Position numbers and translations under genes: made by a program
Assembly (NCBI GenBank): GCA_041666845.1
Contig: JBAYGC010000005.1
Span: 584-64,583 of the forward strand
Length of the DNA stretch: 64,000 nucleotides
Origin: Patescibacteria group bacterium
GTDB taxonomy: Bacteria; Patescibacteriota; Patescibacteriia; UM-FILTER-42-10
Direction: 5' to 3'
The notes under the pieces: model-generated
What the model was told of the DNA's origin: nothing
Databases searched by the model: none
The model's input: the letters and a program-made list of their open reading frames with translations, nothing else
In this document: one piece after another, positions 1 through 13,037 of the stretch
Layout of the letters: the number at the start of each line of letters is the position of its first letter
Numbering within the stretch: position 1 is the stretch's first letter

Positions 1-2937
1 GATTCCAATAATGTTATTCATGTAAAAATAGACCGCAAGCGTAAAGTGCCGGTCACAGCATTATTGCGCGCTTTCGGTTATTCCAGTAACGAAGAGATTA
101 AAGATATTTTCAAAGAAGTCGATACTCATCCGGATATCCGCTACATTGATGCGACAATTGCAAAAGATGTATCCCGCTCGGAAGCGGAAGGATTGAAGGA
201 AGTATATAAAAGAATCAGGCCGGGAGATTTAGCAACGGTTGATAACGCCAGATCGCTGATTCACTCCATGTTTTTTAACTTTGACCGGTACGATTTCGGA
301 AAAGTCGGACGCTACAAACTGAACCAAAGATTTGAATTCGATTTCCCGCTGACCAAAGAAAACCGTATCCTGAAAAGAGAAGACCTGATTGCAATTGTTA
401 AGGAAATAGTCCGGCTGAATTCCACGCAGGAAGAAGCGGATGATATTGATCATCTCGGCAACCGTCGCGTCAGAGCGATCGGTGAACTTGTGCAGAATAA
501 ATTCAGAGTTGGTCTTGCCAGAATGGAAAGAATCGTCAAAGACCGCATGAGCACTAAGGATGTTTTGACGCTTACGCCGAACCAGCTGATCAATGCTCGT
601 CCGGTGATTGGTGCAGTCAAAGAGTTTTTTATGTCATCCCAGCTTTCACAATTTATGGACCAGACCAACCCTCTGGCAGAATTGGAACATAAGAGAAGAT
701 TGTCAGCGATGGGCCCTGGCGGTCTATCCAGAGAAAGAGCCGGGTTTGATGTCCGCGACGTACACCGTACGCACTACGGTCGTATTTGCCCAATTTCCAC
801 TCCAGAAGGTCCGAACATCGGTTTGGTCGGCCATCTGACAACCTACGCCAAAGTAAATGAATTTGGTTTTATTGAAACACCATTCCGCAGAGTTTTGCAT
901 GATATTCCAAACAAGGCAACTGTTACCGAAGGTAAAACCACCCGAGAAGATGTGTTGGATAAGAGCGGGAAAGTCGTTTTGAAAAAAGGCGAAGTGATTG
1001 ATGCTAAAAAGGCAAAGGATCTGGAAAAAGCGGACGTGGAAAAAGTTCCGATCATTCCGGTAGTTACCAATGAAATAAATTATGTAGATGCATTTGAAGG
1101 TGAGCGCCGCGTTACGGTTGCTGCAACTGCCCCTTTGGATGAAAACGGACATTTTATCAATGAAAAAGAAGAAGTAAGAAAACTCGGACAGCCGACTGTT
1201 GAATATGTCCATAATATTGATTATATGGACGTGGCACCAAATCAGATTATCAGCGTTGCTACAGCTTTGATTCCGTTCTTGGAGCATGATGATGCGGTTA
1301 GAGCCTTGATGGGCACCAACATGCAACGTCAGGCAGTATCCTGTGTTCGGCCGGAAGCTCCGCTTGTCGGCACCGGTGTTGAATCACAGGCAGCGAAGGA
1401 TTCTGGACAGGTTATTATTACTAAAAAAGCCGGCATGGTCGCATCCGTTTCCGGTGCCGAGATTAAGATCCTGGAAGAAGACGGAAATTTGAAAGTATAT
1501 GAACTGGGCAAATTTGTCAGATCGAATGCGTCCACCTGCATGAACCAGAAGCCGATTGTTGAAAAAGGTCAGAAAGTTAAAGTTGGTGACGTGATTGCCG
1601 ACGGAGCATCAACCGACCGAGGTGAACTGGCATTGGGACAAAATATTCTGGTTGCTTACATGCCTTGGGAAGGTGGCAACTACGAAGACGCAATTTTATT
1701 ATCCGAGCGGCTGGTACGCAATGACCGCTACACCTCCATTCATATTGAAGACTATACAATTGACGTCCGTGATACCAAGCTTGGTGCGGAAGTAATTACC
1801 CGAGACATTCCGAACGTATCCGAAGAAAAACTGAAAGATCTGGATGAAGAAGGTATCGTCAGAGTCGGTGCCAATCTGTCATCCGGTGATATTTTAGTCG
1901 GAAAAATTACGCCAAAAGGTGAAACAGAATTATCCGCGGAAGAAAAATTATTGAGAGCGATCTTCGGTGAAAAAGCCAAGGACGTTAAAGACAGCTCTCT
2001 GTATTTGGAACATGGTGAACACGGAAAAGTTGTGGGAATTAAAATATTTTCCAGAGATAAAGGTGATAAACTACCGTCCGGTGTGATTAAGAGTATTCAG
2101 GTTTCAGTTGCCCAGCTCAGAAAAGTGCAGGTCGGAGATAAGATGGCCGGTCGTCACGGAAACAAAGGTGTCATTTCCAGAATTGTGGCGGTGGAAGATA
2201 TGCCTTTCCTGGAAGACGGCACACCGGTTGATATTATGCTCAACCCGCTCGGTGTTGCTTCCCGTATGAACCTGGGACAAATTTTAGAAACCCATTTGGG
2301 ATTAGCAGCCAAAACTTTAGGCTACTACGCAGCAACCCCGGCTTTGGACGGTATTGATGAAAAGGACATCCGGAGTGAATTAGTAAGAGCGGGATTCCCC
2401 AGTGAAGGTAAAATGGTTTTATATGACGGCAGAACCGGCAAACGTTTTGATAAAGAAGTCACAGTTGGTTATACCTACATGCTGAAACTCAACCATTTGG
2501 TTGAAGACAAAATTCACCAACGTTCTATCGGACCGTACTCTCTGGTTACTCAGCAGCCACTTGGTGGTAAAGCGCAGTTCGGCGGACAGCGTTTCGGAGA
2601 AATGGAAGTTTGGGCACTGGAAGCCTACGGCGCAGCCAATATGCTACAGGAAATGTTGACGATCAAATCCGACGATGTACCAGGACGTTCTAAAGCCTAC
2701 GAGGCGGTAATTAAAGGCGAGCCGATCAGAAATTTGAATGTCCCTGAGTCATTTAACGTTTTGGTCAGGGAATTAAAAGGCCTCTGTTTGGATGTTGATT
2801 TAATAATGGAAGAATCAAAAGATGGTAAGGTTGAAGAAAAGGAAGATGTGGAGAAAAATGACGAAGAGAATAGCGAAGCAGAAGTGAATGAAATAGAGAA
2901 GATTAAAGAGGAACTAGAGAAAGATAAAAAGGAATAA
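1..2937 (+). CDS. rpoB: DNA-directed RNA polymerase subunit beta, C-terminal ~979 codons (5' end lies upstream of window)
   Basis: Frame 1 is open from nt 1. Conserved rpoB motifs are present ([60 protein letters not shown]). Acidic C-terminal tail. Confidence 0.97.
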   Translation, partial: DSNNVIHVKIDRKRKVPVTALLRAFGYSSNEEIKDIFKEVDTHPDIRYIDATIAKDVSRSEAEGLKEVYKRIRPGDLATVDNARSLIHSMFFNFDRYDFGKVGRYKLNQRFEFDFPLTKENRILKREDLIAIVKEIVRLNSTQEEADDIDHLGNRRVRAIGELVQNKFRVGLARMERIVKDRMSTKDVLTLTPNQLINARPVIGAVKEFFMSSQLSQFMDQTNPLAELEHKRRLSAMGPGGLSRERAGFDVRDVHRTHYGRICPISTPEGPNIGLVGHLTTYAKVNEFGFIETPFRRVLHDIPNKATVTEGKTTREDVLDKSGKVVLKKGEVIDAKKAKDLEKADVEKVPIIPVVTNEINYVDAFEGERRVTVAATAPLDENGHFINEKEEVRKLGQPTVEYVHNIDYMDVAPNQIISVATALIPFLEHDDAVRALMGTNMQRQAVSCVRPEAPLVGTGVESQAAKDSGQVIITKKAGMVASVSGAEIKILEEDGNLKVYELGKFVRSNASTCMNQKPIVEKGQKVKVGDVIADGASTDRGELALGQNILVAYMPWEGGNYEDAILLSERLVRNDRYTSIHIEDYTIDVRDTKLGAEVITRDIPNVSEEKLKDLDEEGIVRVGANLSSGDILVGKITPKGETELSAEEKLLRAIFGEKAKDVKDSSLYLEHGEHGKVVGIKIFSRDKGDKLPSGVIKSIQVSVAQLRKVQVGDKMAGRHGNKGVISRIVAVEDMPFLEDGTPVDIMLNPLGVASRMNLGQILETHLGLAAKTLGYYAATPALDGIDEKDIRSELVRAGFPSEGKMVLYDGRTGKRFDKEVTVGYTYMLKLNHLVEDKIHQRSIGPYSLVTQQPLGGKAQFGGQRFGEMEVWALEAYGAANMLQEMLTIKSDDVPGRSKAYEAVIKGEPIRNLNVPESFNVLVRELKGLCLDVDLIMEESKDGKVEEKEDVEKNDEENSEAEVNEIEKIKEELEKDKKE

Positions 2938-3012
2938 AACAGGTAATTGGTAACTAGTAATCCTCGAATTTTCATAAGCAGTTACAATCTATAGGTCATC
3001 AACTATACAAAT

Positions 3013-6000
3013 ATGATTGAAGAAAAAGAGAAAAAACTTGAATTTAACGCTATTCGTCTGAAGCTTGCTTCCCCGGATGAACTGCATGAATGGTCGCACG
3101 GCGAGGTACTCAAGCCGGAGACTATTAATTACCGTACGCAAAAACCGGAAAAAGACGGCCTGTTTTGTGAAAAGATTTTTGGTCCTTCAAAAGACTGGGA
3201 ATGTTATTGCGGAAAATATAAGAGAATCAGATACAAAGGGATTGTCTGTGACAAATGCGGAGTGGAAGTAACACGTTCCATCGTGCGTAGAGAGCGGATG
3301 GGTCATATCGATTTGGCGGTATCCGTTTCACATATCTGGTTTTTAAGAGGAGTGCCTTCCAAAATCGGACTGGTACTGGATCTTTCCGTACAGAATTTAG
3401 AAAAAGTAATATACTTCGCCAATTTTATTATTACCAAAGTCAATGACGAATTACGACAAGAGACAATTCAGCAAATTGACGGCGAATACAAGAGTAAGAA
3501 AAAAATAATCGAAGCGGATTTTAACCGCCGGTCGAATGAATCCAAACAGCTGGAAGCCAAACTGATCGCGGAAAATAAAGATACTAAGGCGCAGGCTAAA
3601 CTGATCAAGGAAGTTGAGCAGGAGCTGATCAACAACGCTGTCAATCGTGATGAGAAAATAAGAGACCTGCAGGAAGCGGTAGATTTGGCACGCAAGGAAC
3701 TAAAAGAGTTGAAACCTCTGCAGATTATTTCTGAAAATAAATACCAGGATCTCTCGTTAAAATATGGGCATGTTTTTGAAGCCGGTATTGGAGCGGAAAC
3801 CATCAGAAGACTGCTGGAAGAAATTGATTTGGACGAATTAATCGCCAAACTGGAAATCGAAACAGAGGAAAGCAGCAAGAATCAGCGAAGGCGTGTGGTC
3901 AGAAGGACGAAGCTGATCAAGAACATGAAGAAAAACAATATTCGCCCGGAATGGATGGTCTTAACTACAATCCCGGTGATTCCTCCTGATCTGCGCCCGA
4001 TGGTGCAGTTGGACGGCGGCAGATTTGCCGCATCGGATTTGAATGATTTATACCGGAGGGTAATCAACAGAAACAACCGTTTGAAACGTCTTTTGGATTT
4101 GAATGCCCCAGAAGTTATCACCAGAAACGAAAAAAGAATGTTGCAGGAAGCGGTGGATGCTTTGATTGATAATAATGCCCGCCATGGCAAGACCGTTACC
4201 GCCTCAACCGGCCAAAGACGACAGTTAAAGTCATTGGCAGACATGTTAAAAGGTAAACAGGGCAGATTCCGACAAAACCTGTTGGGTAAGCGTGTCGACT
4301 ATTCCGGTCGTTCAGTAATCGTCGTCGGTCCTCATTTGAAATTATATCAGTGTGGTATCCCGAAGAAGATGGCTTTGGAACTTTTCAAACCCTTTGTCAT
4401 CAGTCAGCTGATTAAACGAGAATACGTGCACAATGTCAGAAGTGCCAACCGTTTTATCGAATCCGGACGTGACGAAGTGTGGGATATCTTGGAAGAAGTT
4501 ACAAAAAACAATCATGTATTATTGAATCGTGCGCCGACACTGCACAGACTCGGTATCCAGGCTTTTCAGCTGGTACTGATTGAAGGTAATGCTATTCAAC
4601 TGCATCCTTTAGTCTGTCCGCCATTTAACGCGGATTTCGACGGAGACCAGATGGCTGTGCATGTACCTTTGACCCAAAAAGCAAAAGCGGAAGCAAAGGA
4701 TAAAATGCTTGCGACACATAATATTTTGAAACCGGCGACCGGTGAACCGGTAATTACCCCTTCACAGGATATTGTTTTGGGTTGTTATTATATGACCACC
4801 ATGCTGGATGAAGATAAGCCGGCCAAGAAATTCTTTTCCGCGGAATATGAAGCAATTCTGGCTTTTGAAACCGACAGTATTGAAATGCAGACAAAGATCG
4901 GATTATTGAAAGACGGCAAACGAATTGATACGACAGTCGGCCGGATCATTTTCAATCAAATTTTCTCCGATGACGTGCCTTATCAGAATAAGGTAATGGA
5001 CAAGCGGAATATTAAAGAAATTATTCAGAAAGCACTGAACAAGGACGGCTCGGAAGTCACATCCGTATTACTCGATGATATTAAGGAGATGAGTTTGAAA
5101 TATTTGACCCTTTCCGGATTGAGCTGGGGTATGGGCGATACACCGATCCCGGTTGGCAAGAAAGAAGCAATTGAAGCGGCGGAAAAGAAGATTGATGAAA
5201 TACACGGTCAATATGAAATGGGTCTTTTGACTAAAGAAGAACGCTATGCCAAATCGATTGATGTTTGGGCCAGCACAAAAAATGAAGTTCAGGAAATAAG
5301 TAAAAATGCATTAGATCCGCTCGGTTCTGTATTTGCCATGATTGACTCCGGTGCCCGTGGATCTTGGGGACAAATCACCCAGATGATGGGTATGAAAGGA
5401 TTGGTGACGAACCCGGCGGGAGAAACTATCGAATTGCCGGTCAAGGGAAGCTTCAAAGAAGGATTCAATGTTTTGGAATATTTTATCTCAACTCACGGTA
5501 CCAGAAAAGGACTTTCCGATACAGCGCTCCGAACTGCTAACGCCGGATATCTGACCAGACGTCTGGTGGATGTTGCACAGGATGTGGTGGTTCGGGATGA
5601 AGACTGTGGAGATACGGACGGTTATATCATGACCAAAGAGCAAAGCGAAGAAATCGGCGAAGAGCTTTCTAAGCGTGTTCTGGGCAGAGTAGTTTTGGAT
5701 GATATATTATCCGGTAAAAAAGTAATTGTTAAAAAGGGAGAACTGGTTACCGAGAAAGAGTATGAAAAACTGAAAGAGATGGATTTGCAGGAAGCCAGGG
5801 TGCGTTCCATAATCAGCTGTAAGAGCATCAGAGGCGTCTGTCGCAAATGCTACGGCTTTGACCTCGGATACAATAAGATGGTGGAACTGGGCGAGGCGGT
5901 GGGAATTATCGCCGCACAGAGTATCGGTGAACCGGGAACACAGCTGACCATGAGAACGTTCCATACCGGAGGAGTTGCCGGCCAGGATATTACTCAAGGT

Positions 6001-6876
6001 TTGCCGAGAGTTGAAGAATTGTTTGAAGCTAGACCTGTGAAGAAGGCGGCGATCATCAGTGAAATTGACGGACAAGTCAGTATTACGGAGCAGGATAAAC
6101 AGAAGATGATCAAGGTAATTGCGGAAAAACCGGTTACCGAGAGTTATGATATTGAAAAATTATTCAAAAAGGTAGGCTTTACCATCAAAGTAAAAAATGG
6201 CGCTTCGGTTGATAAGGGTGATGTGATTGCAGAAAATGATAAAGGTAAAGTGATTAAAGCGAAGGCACAAGGAAAAGTAACAGTTGAAAAATCAATCGTT
6301 AAGATTTCCGGCACTGAAGAAAATGTTTATGAATATGCTATTCCGATCGGCTTCTCGTTATGGGTTAAGGATGGGGACTTGGTTACATCCGGTCAGCAGT
6401 TAACTGAAGGCAGTCTTAATATCCAGGAACTGTATCGTCTGCGGGGCAAGGATGCCGTCCAGAGGTATATTATTAAAGAAATTCAGTATATTTATTCCTC
6501 ACAAGGTCAGAAACTAAACGATAAGCATATTGAAATAATTGTCCGCCAGATGTTCTCGCGTTATTATGTGAAAAATGCCGGTGACACGGATCTGCTGTCC
6601 GGTGATATTATTTCGGAAGACCAGTTGCTCGAGGCCAATATTGCACTCAAGAAGGGTGAAAAGAAGGCGTCCGGTGAGAACCTGCTATTGGGTATTACCA
6701 AAGCTTCGCTTTCCACTGACAGCTTCCTGGCAGCAGCTTCATTCCAGGAAACAGCCCGCGTGCTGATTGATGCTTCAATTTCAGGGAAGGTTGACAAATT
6801 AAGAGGATTGAAAGAGAATGTAATTATCGGAAAACTGATTCCAGTAGGAACCGGATTCAAGCCGAAAGTGAAGTAA
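3013..6876 (+). CDS. rpoC: DNA-directed RNA polymerase subunit beta'
   Basis: 1287 aa. Zn-binding CxxC motifs are present, plus [12 protein letters not shown] catalytic motif and trigger-loop region. Directly downstream of rpoB. Confidence 0.97.
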   Translation: MIEEKEKKLEFNAIRLKLASPDELHEWSHGEVLKPETINYRTQKPEKDGLFCEKIFGPSKDWECYCGKYKRIRYKGIVCDKCGVEVTRSIVRRERMGHIDLAVSVSHIWFLRGVPSKIGLVLDLSVQNLEKVIYFANFIITKVNDELRQETIQQIDGEYKSKKKIIEADFNRRSNESKQLEAKLIAENKDTKAQAKLIKEVEQELINNAVNRDEKIRDLQEAVDLARKELKELKPLQIISENKYQDLSLKYGHVFEAGIGAETIRRLLEEIDLDELIAKLEIETEESSKNQRRRVVRRTKLIKNMKKNNIRPEWMVLTTIPVIPPDLRPMVQLDGGRFAASDLNDLYRRVINRNNRLKRLLDLNAPEVITRNEKRMLQEAVDALIDNNARHGKTVTASTGQRRQLKSLADMLKGKQGRFRQNLLGKRVDYSGRSVIVVGPHLKLYQCGIPKKMALELFKPFVISQLIKREYVHNVRSANRFIESGRDEVWDILEEVTKNNHVLLNRAPTLHRLGIQAFQLVLIEGNAIQLHPLVCPPFNADFDGDQMAVHVPLTQKAKAEAKDKMLATHNILKPATGEPVITPSQDIVLGCYYMTTMLDEDKPAKKFFSAEYEAILAFETDSIEMQTKIGLLKDGKRIDTTVGRIIFNQIFSDDVPYQNKVMDKRNIKEIIQKALNKDGSEVTSVLLDDIKEMSLKYLTLSGLSWGMGDTPIPVGKKEAIEAAEKKIDEIHGQYEMGLLTKEERYAKSIDVWASTKNEVQEISKNALDPLGSVFAMIDSGARGSWGQITQMMGMKGLVTNPAGETIELPVKGSFKEGFNVLEYFISTHGTRKGLSDTALRTANAGYLTRRLVDVAQDVVVRDEDCGDTDGYIMTKEQSEEIGEELSKRVLGRVVLDDILSGKKVIVKKGELVTEKEYEKLKEMDLQEARVRSIISCKSIRGVCRKCYGFDLGYNKMVELGEAVGIIAAQSIGEPGTQLTMRTFHTGGVAGQDITQGLPRVEELFEARPVKKAAIISEIDGQVSITEQDKQKMIKVIAEKPVTESYDIEKLFKKVGFTIKVKNGASVDKGDVIAENDKGKVIKAKAQGKVTVEKSIVKISGTEENVYEYAIPIGFSLWVKDGDLVTSGQQLTEGSLNIQELYRLRGKDAVQRYIIKEIQYIYSSQGQKLNDKHIEIIVRQMFSRYYVKNAGDTDLLSGDIISEDQLLEANIALKKGEKKASGENLLLGITKASLSTDSFLAAASFQETARVLIDASISGKVDKLRGLKENVIIGKLIPVGTGFKPKVK

Positions 6877-6900
6877 CGGATTATAAAAAAATATATAAAC

Positions 6901-6931
6901 GGGCGCCCTCGATTTAGGCGCCTGTTTTGTT
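6901..6931 (+). terminator. Rho-independent terminator after rpoC
   Basis: GC hairpin GGGCGCC-CTCGATTTA-GGCGCC followed by TGTTTTGTT. Confidence 0.6.
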
Positions 6932-7003
6932 CCAAAAGCTTCATATAATACTTTGACGAATACCCAATATTCGTGTTAAAATGAGTAATCAATCAGTATC
7001 AAG

Positions 7004-9268
7004 ATGGCAACAACTCAACCCAAAAAGCGAATAAAAAAAGAACATCTCGAAGAAGAGAAACAACCCATTTTAAACCCCGGGACACGCCGAGGGATTATTG
7101 TTGTTTCCCTGTTTGTGGTTGCGGCGATCAGTATCTTAAGCTTCTTTGAGCTGGCCGGCAGTGTCGGCAATTATCTTGATCAGCTGCTGAGAGTTATTTT
7201 CGGTTGGGGCTCATTCTTGTTTCCGATCATCCTTGCCGTTTTCGGTTATATGCTTATTTTCCCGGACAAATATTCCCTGAAGGCGTCCAATTATCTGGGT
7301 GTGTTCTTACTGTTACTGGCACTGCTCGGGATCATGCATCTTTTTGTCGGACAGGAAGCGGCGGTAGAAGCGATTGACGAGGGGCGCGGCGGCGGCTATT
7401 TGGGTTTAGTTATCAGCTTGCCACTCTTAAAAATTATGGGAATCTGGGCGACATCAATCGTACTGGTTGCCTTATGTTGCATTGCTGTTTTGATCGTATT
7501 TGCCACTTCAATTAACCGGCTGGTGGAAGGCGGCAGTGTCATCGGTTCGGTGATGCTCCGGATCAGGGAATTTTTCCGCAAAATTAACTACCGAGTTTCG
7601 GAAAGCCGCATGGAAAAAGAAGCCAGCGCGGAAGTGGAGGAAGAGCGTTCTTTTAGCAGAAAAACTATTACTCAAAAAGCAGATTTGGAAGACGGAAAGG
7701 AAGAAGTAATCAGCGCGGTTAATGAAGACGTGGAAACGGGTGATCAGATGAAAATTTTTAATAAGAATAAACACCGGCCGAAAATCGACATCCCGATTGA
7801 TTTGCTCGAGGGTACTTCCGCCAAACCGACCAGCGGTGATATAAATTTGAATAAAGAAAAGATCAAAAAGACCTTACAGAACTTCGGCATTGAAGTGGAG
7901 ATGGGTGAAACAAACGTCGGTCCGACCGTGACACAATATACGTTGAAACCGTCCGAGGGTGTGAGAATTTCACAGATCGACACACTGCAAAATGATATTG
8001 CGCTGGCCTTGGCGGCCCATCCGATCAGAATTGAGGCGCCGATTCCGGGCAAATCACTGGTTGGTATTGAAGTGCCGAACCAGAAAGTAGCGGTGGTTAA
8101 GCTGAAAGAAATTATTCAGAGCGAAGCGTTCAAAAAGCGGGAGTCAGATCTGAATATTTCCTTAGGCAAGGACGTTTCCGGTTTTCCGTGGGTAGCGGAC
8201 ATGGGTAGCATGCCCCACCTTTTAGTGGCCGGTGCCACGGGTTCCGGGAAGAGTGTCTGCATCAATTCAATTATTATCAGCCTCTTGTATCAGAATTCAC
8301 CGGATAAGCTAAAACTGATTTTAGTTGATCCGAAACAAGTGGAACTGACCATCTATAACGGTATACCACATCTGCTGACGCCGGTAATCACTAAGGCGGA
8401 TAAAACAATCAATGCGCTTAAATGGGCTGTTGCCGAAATGGAAAGAAGATTTGAATTGCTGTCACAAACCGGCCAGCGGAATATTAAAGGATTTAATGCC
8501 GGAGTTGCAGAAGGACTGCCATATATCGTAATTGTGATTGACGAACTGGCGGATCTGATGAGCGTGAATGCACCGGAAGTGGAAGGATCTATTATCAGAC
8601 TGGCGCAAATGGCCAGAGCGGTAGGTATCCATCTGGTAGTAGCCACGCAACGGCCGTCAGTGGATGTCATTACCGGTCTGATCAAAGCGAATATCACTTC
8701 CCGCATTGCCTTTACGGTTGCTTCGGGCACCGATTCCAGAACTATCCTGGATTTCGCCGGGGCGGAAAAACTCTTAGGTAGTGGTGATATGCTTTACGTA
8801 TCCGCCCAACTTTCCAAACCGAAACGTCTGCAGGGTGCGTATGTTACAGAACGGGAGATCCGGAATATTGTGGACTTTTTGAAAGAAAAAGGCGAACCGG
8901 AATATAACGAAGAAATTATTACCAGGCACGGAGCCCATGTCGGTGAAAAGGGCGAATCACTTTCGGAAGATGACGATGTGTTGGTGGACGATGCCCAGGA
9001 AATTATTTTGGAATCACAAAAAGCCTCCGCTTCTTTTCTGCAGAGGCGTATGCGGATCGGCTACGCGCGTGCCGCCCGCATTTTGGATATTTTGGAAGAG
9101 CGGGGAATTATCGGACCCGCGGACGGAGCTAAACCGCGTGATGTATATGTCAAAGATAAGGATGATATTGATATCATTTCTGATCCGGATAACCAAGATG
9201 AGGAAGAGGTTGTCGAGTCAGAATCCACCGAAGAAGAAATAGCAGAGGAAAAACAGAATAAACTTTAA
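7004..9268 (+). CDS. ftsK: DNA translocase FtsK/SpoIIIE
   Basis: N-terminal TM helices. Motor domain with Walker A GATGSGKSV and a gamma-domain (QRRMRIGYARAARILDILEERGIIG). Confidence 0.93.
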   Translation: MATTQPKKRIKKEHLEEEKQPILNPGTRRGIIVVSLFVVAAISILSFFELAGSVGNYLDQLLRVIFGWGSFLFPIILAVFGYMLIFPDKYSLKASNYLGVFLLLLALLGIMHLFVGQEAAVEAIDEGRGGGYLGLVISLPLLKIMGIWATSIVLVALCCIAVLIVFATSINRLVEGGSVIGSVMLRIREFFRKINYRVSESRMEKEASAEVEEERSFSRKTITQKADLEDGKEEVISAVNEDVETGDQMKIFNKNKHRPKIDIPIDLLEGTSAKPTSGDINLNKEKIKKTLQNFGIEVEMGETNVGPTVTQYTLKPSEGVRISQIDTLQNDIALALAAHPIRIEAPIPGKSLVGIEVPNQKVAVVKLKEIIQSEAFKKRESDLNISLGKDVSGFPWVADMGSMPHLLVAGATGSGKSVCINSIIISLLYQNSPDKLKLILVDPKQVELTIYNGIPHLLTPVITKADKTINALKWAVAEMERRFELLSQTGQRNIKGFNAGVAEGLPYIVIVIDELADLMSVNAPEVEGSIIRLAQMARAVGIHLVVATQRPSVDVITGLIKANITSRIAFTVASGTDSRTILDFAGAEKLLGSGDMLYVSAQLSKPKRLQGAYVTEREIRNIVDFLKEKGEPEYNEEIITRHGAHVGEKGESLSEDDDVLVDDAQEIILESQKASASFLQRRMRIGYARAARILDILEERGIIGPADGAKPRDVYVKDKDDIDIISDPDNQDEEEVVESESTEEEIAEEKQNKL

Positions 9269-9271
9269 AAA

Positions 9272-9961
9272 ATGGACAGTTTCAAAGGGAAAGAAATTCG
9301 TGAAACCCGCACGCTTGGCGATAAACTGCGCGAAGCCCGTGAAGAGGAAAAAATATCCTTGGCGGATGCCGGCAGTGCGATACAGATCCGCAAAGAATAT
9401 CTGCAGTATCTGGAAGAAGGGGAATACAGTAAACTGCCGGGGGAGGTTTATATCAGAAATTTTCTGATCAAATATGCCGAACTTCTCCGTTTGAATCCGA
9501 ACAGGGTGATCGAACTGTTCGAAGCAGAAAAAAAGATCTTTAAGACTATTACTCCGCTGGAAAAACACCCGACGGACGGAAAGGGCGTAGTTCGCAACCA
9601 CCCGATTATTAATCCCAAATTTTTCCGAACCGGCTCGGTTGTCCTGATTATTGTTGCGCTGTTGGTCTATTTCGGAATTGAGGTCAGCAAGACCGTATCG
9701 CCCCCTTCCCTGGTTATCTATTCTCCGCAGGAAGATAACATCACGACTTCGGAATATTCGTATGAAATTTCCGGTCAGACGGAAAGTGAAGCAACTATTT
9801 CAATCAACGGCGAGGAGATTCTGGGTGATCCGAGCGGATATTTCCAGGCGAAAGTTGATTTGAAAGAAGGAATTAACATACTGGAAATAACCGCTGTCCG
9901 GAAGAGCAGTAAACCAAATACTGTTTACAAAAAAATCAGAGTGGAACCGGGAGAAATTTAA
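9272..9961 (+). CDS. Helix-turn-helix (XRE-like) membrane protein, RodZ-like
   Basis: N-terminal HTH ([38 protein letters not shown]), a single TM ([14 protein letters not shown]) and a C-terminal extracytoplasmic domain. Confidence 0.65.
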   Translation: MDSFKGKEIRETRTLGDKLREAREEEKISLADAGSAIQIRKEYLQYLEEGEYSKLPGEVYIRNFLIKYAELLRLNPNRVIELFEAEKKIFKTITPLEKHPTDGKGVVRNHPIINPKFFRTGSVVLIIVALLVYFGIEVSKTVSPPSLVIYSPQEDNITTSEYSYEISGQTESEATISINGEEILGDPSGYFQAKVDLKEGINILEITAVRKSSKPNTVYKKIRVEPGEI

Positions 9962-9992
9962 ATACAATATTTTAATTTTTAACTTAAACTTT

Positions 9993-11012
9993 ATGCCAAA
10001 AAATCCAATTGGACGGTCCGATGAAAAAGACAAAGCCGCACAGGTAGCGATCGATCAGATCAAAGACCGGTTCGGTGCCGGAGCGATTATGAAATTGGGC
10101 GACACGCAAAAAATAAAAGTGGATTCCATCTCAACCGGCTGTGTTTCCCTGGATATCGCGCTCGGCGTGGGCGGAGTACCACGGGGCAGGATTATTGAAA
10201 TCTACGGTCCGGAATCATCCGGCAAAACAACCCTGGCTCAGCACATCGTCGCTGAGGTGCAGAAAATCGGCGGAACCGCGGCATTCATCGACGCGGAACA
10301 TGCGCTGGATCCCGGATACGCCAAAAAAATCGGCGTGGATACGGAAGAACTGTTGATCTCCCAGCCGGACACCGGTGAACAGGCTTTGGAAATATTAGAA
10401 ACCCTGGTGCGTTCCAACGCGGTGGACGTGGTAGTGGTGGACTCGGTTGCCGCGCTGACACCGAAGGCGGAGATTGAAGGTGAAATGGGTGATTCGCACA
10501 TGGGTCTGCAGGCCAGACTGATGAGTCAGGCCTTAAGGAAGTTGGCGGGCATTATCAGCAAGAGCAATACCGTAGTAATCTTCATCAACCAGATCCGCAT
10601 GAAGATCGGTGTATTTTTCGGCAACCCCGAAACGACCACCGGTGGCAACGCGTTGAAATTTTACGCATCAGTCCGTATTGAAGTACGCCGTTCAGCGCAG
10701 ATCAAAAAAGGCGAGCAGATTATCGGCAACCGTGTGAAGGTGAAAGTGGTCAAAAACAAAGTAGCCGCTCCTTTCCGAACGACTGAATTCGACATTATGT
10801 ACAACGAAGGAATCTCCATGGCGGGCGACCTGATCGATACCGCTCTGCAGTACGGCGTGATGACCAAAAACGGCAACTCCTACAGCTATGGCGAGGCGAA
10901 ACTGGGTGTCGGCCGGGAAACCGCCCGCATGGCATTGAAGGAAGATAAAAAGCTGATGAAGGAGATTAAAGAGAAAGTCCTGGTCGCGGTAAAAGTCGCC
11001 GAGGAAAAATAG
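9993..11012 (+). CDS. recA: Recombinase RecA
   Basis: GPESSGKTT Walker [16 protein letters not shown]2 region. Confidence 0.97.
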   Translation: MPKNPIGRSDEKDKAAQVAIDQIKDRFGAGAIMKLGDTQKIKVDSISTGCVSLDIALGVGGVPRGRIIEIYGPESSGKTTLAQHIVAEVQKIGGTAAFIDAEHALDPGYAKKIGVDTEELLISQPDTGEQALEILETLVRSNAVDVVVVDSVAALTPKAEIEGEMGDSHMGLQARLMSQALRKLAGIISKSNTVVIFINQIRMKIGVFFGNPETTTGGNALKFYASVRIEVRRSAQIKKGEQIIGNRVKVKVVKNKVAAPFRTTEFDIMYNEGISMAGDLIDTALQYGVMTKNGNSYSYGEAKLGVGRETARMALKEDKKLMKEIKEKVLVAVKVAEEK

Positions 11013-11031
11013 AAGCAACTTTCTAAGTAAA

Positions 11032-11066
11032 CAAAAACCCCCACGCTCACGATGAGTGCGGGGGTT
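11032..11066. terminator. Bidirectional intrinsic terminator between recA(+) and efp(-)
   Basis: AAAAA-CCCCCACGCTCACGATGAGTGCGGGGG-TTT hairpin flanked by A-run and T-run. Confidence 0.6.
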
Positions 11067-11076
11067 TGAATTTGAA

Positions 11077-11640
11077 TTAATTTACTCTTTCTACGTACTG
11101 CCCTGATTGGGTGTTCACCCGGATCGTATCACCTTCTTTGATGAAGAGCGGGGTCTGGACGGTATAGCCTGTTTCCACAGTAACCGGTTTGTAAACACTG
11201 CCTTGGGCGGTGTCACCCTTCACTCCCGGAGGAGCGGAGGTTACTTTCAGTTCCACTTTAGCCGGCAGGTTGATCGATACCGCTTTGCCGTCAAAATTCA
11301 GGACTTCCACATCAGAATCTTCTTTGACGAAGTTGGATATTTCTCCGATCTGCGCTTTCGGCAGGACAAACTGTTCAAAAGATTCGCTGTCCATGAAATA
11401 GAAGTCATCACCGTCGCGGTACAGGAAATTCGCCTTGGTGCGCGTGAGATCCGCTTCCTGGATCTTGTCACCGCCCCGGTAAGATATTTCCAATGTTCCG
11501 CCGGAAATCACGTTGCGCATTTTTGTACGTAGTACTGCTCCGCCACGGCCCATTTTCAAATGATCGGTAGAAAGAATTACATATGGTTCGCCGTTTTCCA
11601 CGACCACAGTACCGATTTTAATTTCGTTCATGCCTAACAT
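11077..11640 (-). CDS. efp: Elongation factor P
   Basis: 187 aa. KPGKGxA-like loop region and typical EF-P three-domain length. Confidence 0.93.
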   Translation of the reverse strand: MLGMNEIKIGTVVVENGEPYVILSTDHLKMGRGGAVLRTKMRNVISGGTLEISYRGGDKIQEADLTRTKANFLYRDGDDFYFMDSESFEQFVLPKAQIGEISNFVKEDSDVEVLNFDGKAVSINLPAKVELKVTSAPPGVKGDTAQGSVYKPVTVETGYTVQTPLFIKEGDTIRVNTQSGQYVERVN

Positions 11641-11653
11641 ATATTTTTCTCTA

Positions 11654-11893
11654 TTATCTGGTTGTATAAGGGATCAGTGCCATAAACCGGGCGCGTTTTA
11701 CCGCCTGGGCCAGTTTGCGCTGATGTTTGGAGCAGGTTCCGGTTTTTTTCCTCGGCAAAATCTTGGCATAGGAGGAAAGAAATCGCTGAAATGCTTTGGT
11801 GTCTTTGTAGTCAATTTCCGCAATCCCGTTGGCGCAGAAATGACAGACTTTGATTTTTGGTAGACTATTAGTGGTTGTTGTGCGTGGTCTCAT
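11654..11893 (-). CDS. rpsR: 30S ribosomal protein S18
   Basis: 79 aa. [60 protein letters not shown] is the canonical S18 signature. Confidence 0.95.
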   Translation of the reverse strand: MRPRTTTTNSLPKIKVCHFCANGIAEIDYKDTKAFQRFLSSYAKILPRKKTGTCSKHQRKLAQAVKRARFMALIPYTTR

Positions 11894-11905
11894 ATTTATA
11901 GGGGG

Positions 11906-12337
11906 TTAAAAAGGAATATCCTCGACATTGATCTCTTCTTCATTCGATGAAGTTGGTGGCTGTGGTGTAGCTTCCGGTCTGGATGCGCTACTGTCAGTCG
12001 GACGGTCGCCCGGTCTGCCCAGCATGATCATATTTTCACCGACTATTTCCGTGCGGTAACGTTTCTTGCCGTCATCGCCGTCCCAAGAACGGGTCTGCAG
12101 ACGACCTTCAATGTAAACCTGTCCGCCTTTTTTCAGATACTGCGCGGCAATTTCCGCCAGCTTGCCCCAGGTGACAATGTTATGAAACTCGGATTTTTCC
12201 TGTTTCTGTCCGCTTTTGTCGGTCCAGTTGAAACTGGTGGCCAGGGAAAAAGTGGCGACAGTCTGTCCGGAAGGAATAGTCTTGGTTTCCGGATCGCGGG
12301 TCAGTCGCCCGATGATTGTTGCTTTGTTTAAGTCCAT
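11906..12337 (-). CDS. ssb: Single-stranded DNA-binding protein
   Basis: OB-fold N-terminus (NKATIIGRLTRDPE...FHNIVTWGKLAE) and an acidic C-terminal tail ending DIPF. Confidence 0.95.
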   Translation of the reverse strand: MDLNKATIIGRLTRDPETKTIPSGQTVATFSLATSFNWTDKSGQKQEKSEFHNIVTWGKLAEIAAQYLKKGGQVYIEGRLQTRSWDGDDGKKRYRTEIVGENMIMLGRPGDRPTDSSASRPEATPQPPTSSNEEEINVEDIPF

Positions 12338-12358
12338 AGTATTTTTGGTAAAGATTAA

Positions 12359-12916
12359 TTATGTTCCTAAAATATCGTCATCGAGAATATGATCCAGTTT
12401 CTCGTCCAGTTCCTCGAGCGATACTTTCTTCGGTTCCTTCTTAACCGGTTTTACTTCCTTTTCTTCTTCTAGCGGTTTCGGATCGGCAAATGAAGGTCTC
12501 GGTACGGCAGGTGCTTCCACTTTGGCGGCGACCGGTTCTTCGGCTGCGAAGATTGGTTTCACTTCCGCCGGTTTCTCAATTCTTCTTTCCTTGGCTTCTT
12601 TCGCCCGTTTCTCCGCTCTGGCGATTGCCAAAACGTCCCGGACGGTTACGATGTGTCTGGTTACTTCGTCCATAATCGCCAGTTCTTTTTCAATCTTGCG
12701 CAGATTGGCGCCCGGCAGATCAAAATCAACCTGCACGTAAAAACCATAGCGCTGGTTTTTGATCGGGTAGGCCAGTTTTTTCTTGCCCAGGTTGTTGTCG
12801 CGGACGATCACGCCCTCGTTTTTCTTGATCAGTTCGAACACTTTGTCGCGAACAAAAGGAATCTCTTCCTCAGAAATTTTGGAAGAGACAATTACTAAAA
12901 GCTCGTAATTTTGCAT
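12359..12916 (-). CDS. rpsF: 30S ribosomal protein S6 with Lys/Glu/Pro-rich C-terminal extension
   Basis: The S6 core starts at internal Met (MQNYELLVIVSSK...). An AGAGG RBS sits 8 nt upstream of ATG at 12916. The longer 323-aa ORF in the track has a non-S6 N-terminus and was rejected. Operon order is rpsF-ssb-rpsR. Confidence 0.85.
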   Translation of the reverse strand: MQNYELLVIVSSKISEEEIPFVRDKVFELIKKNEGVIVRDNNLGKKKLAYPIKNQRYGFYVQVDFDLPGANLRKIEKELAIMDEVTRHIVTVRDVLAIARAEKRAKEAKERRIEKPAEVKPIFAAEEPVAAKVEAPAVPRPSFADPKPLEEEKEVKPVKKEPKKVSLEELDEKLDHILDDDILGT

Positions 12917-13037
12917 ATTTTGACCTCTTTCTTGCCTGTCCATCTTGAAATGGTCGTCTATTTCCAAGACATGGGATTGAGCAGGCATTAATTTATAAGT
13001 TGTAAAGTTCCCCGCAATCTTACCAAAGGCAGGGGAA

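Noticed and set aside
724-1326. 200-aa minus-strand ORF inside rpoB, and similar embedded ORFs inside rpoC, ftsK and uvrA
   Set aside because: These are antisense to highly conserved housekeeping genes. Phe/Ser/Ile-rich low-complexity products.
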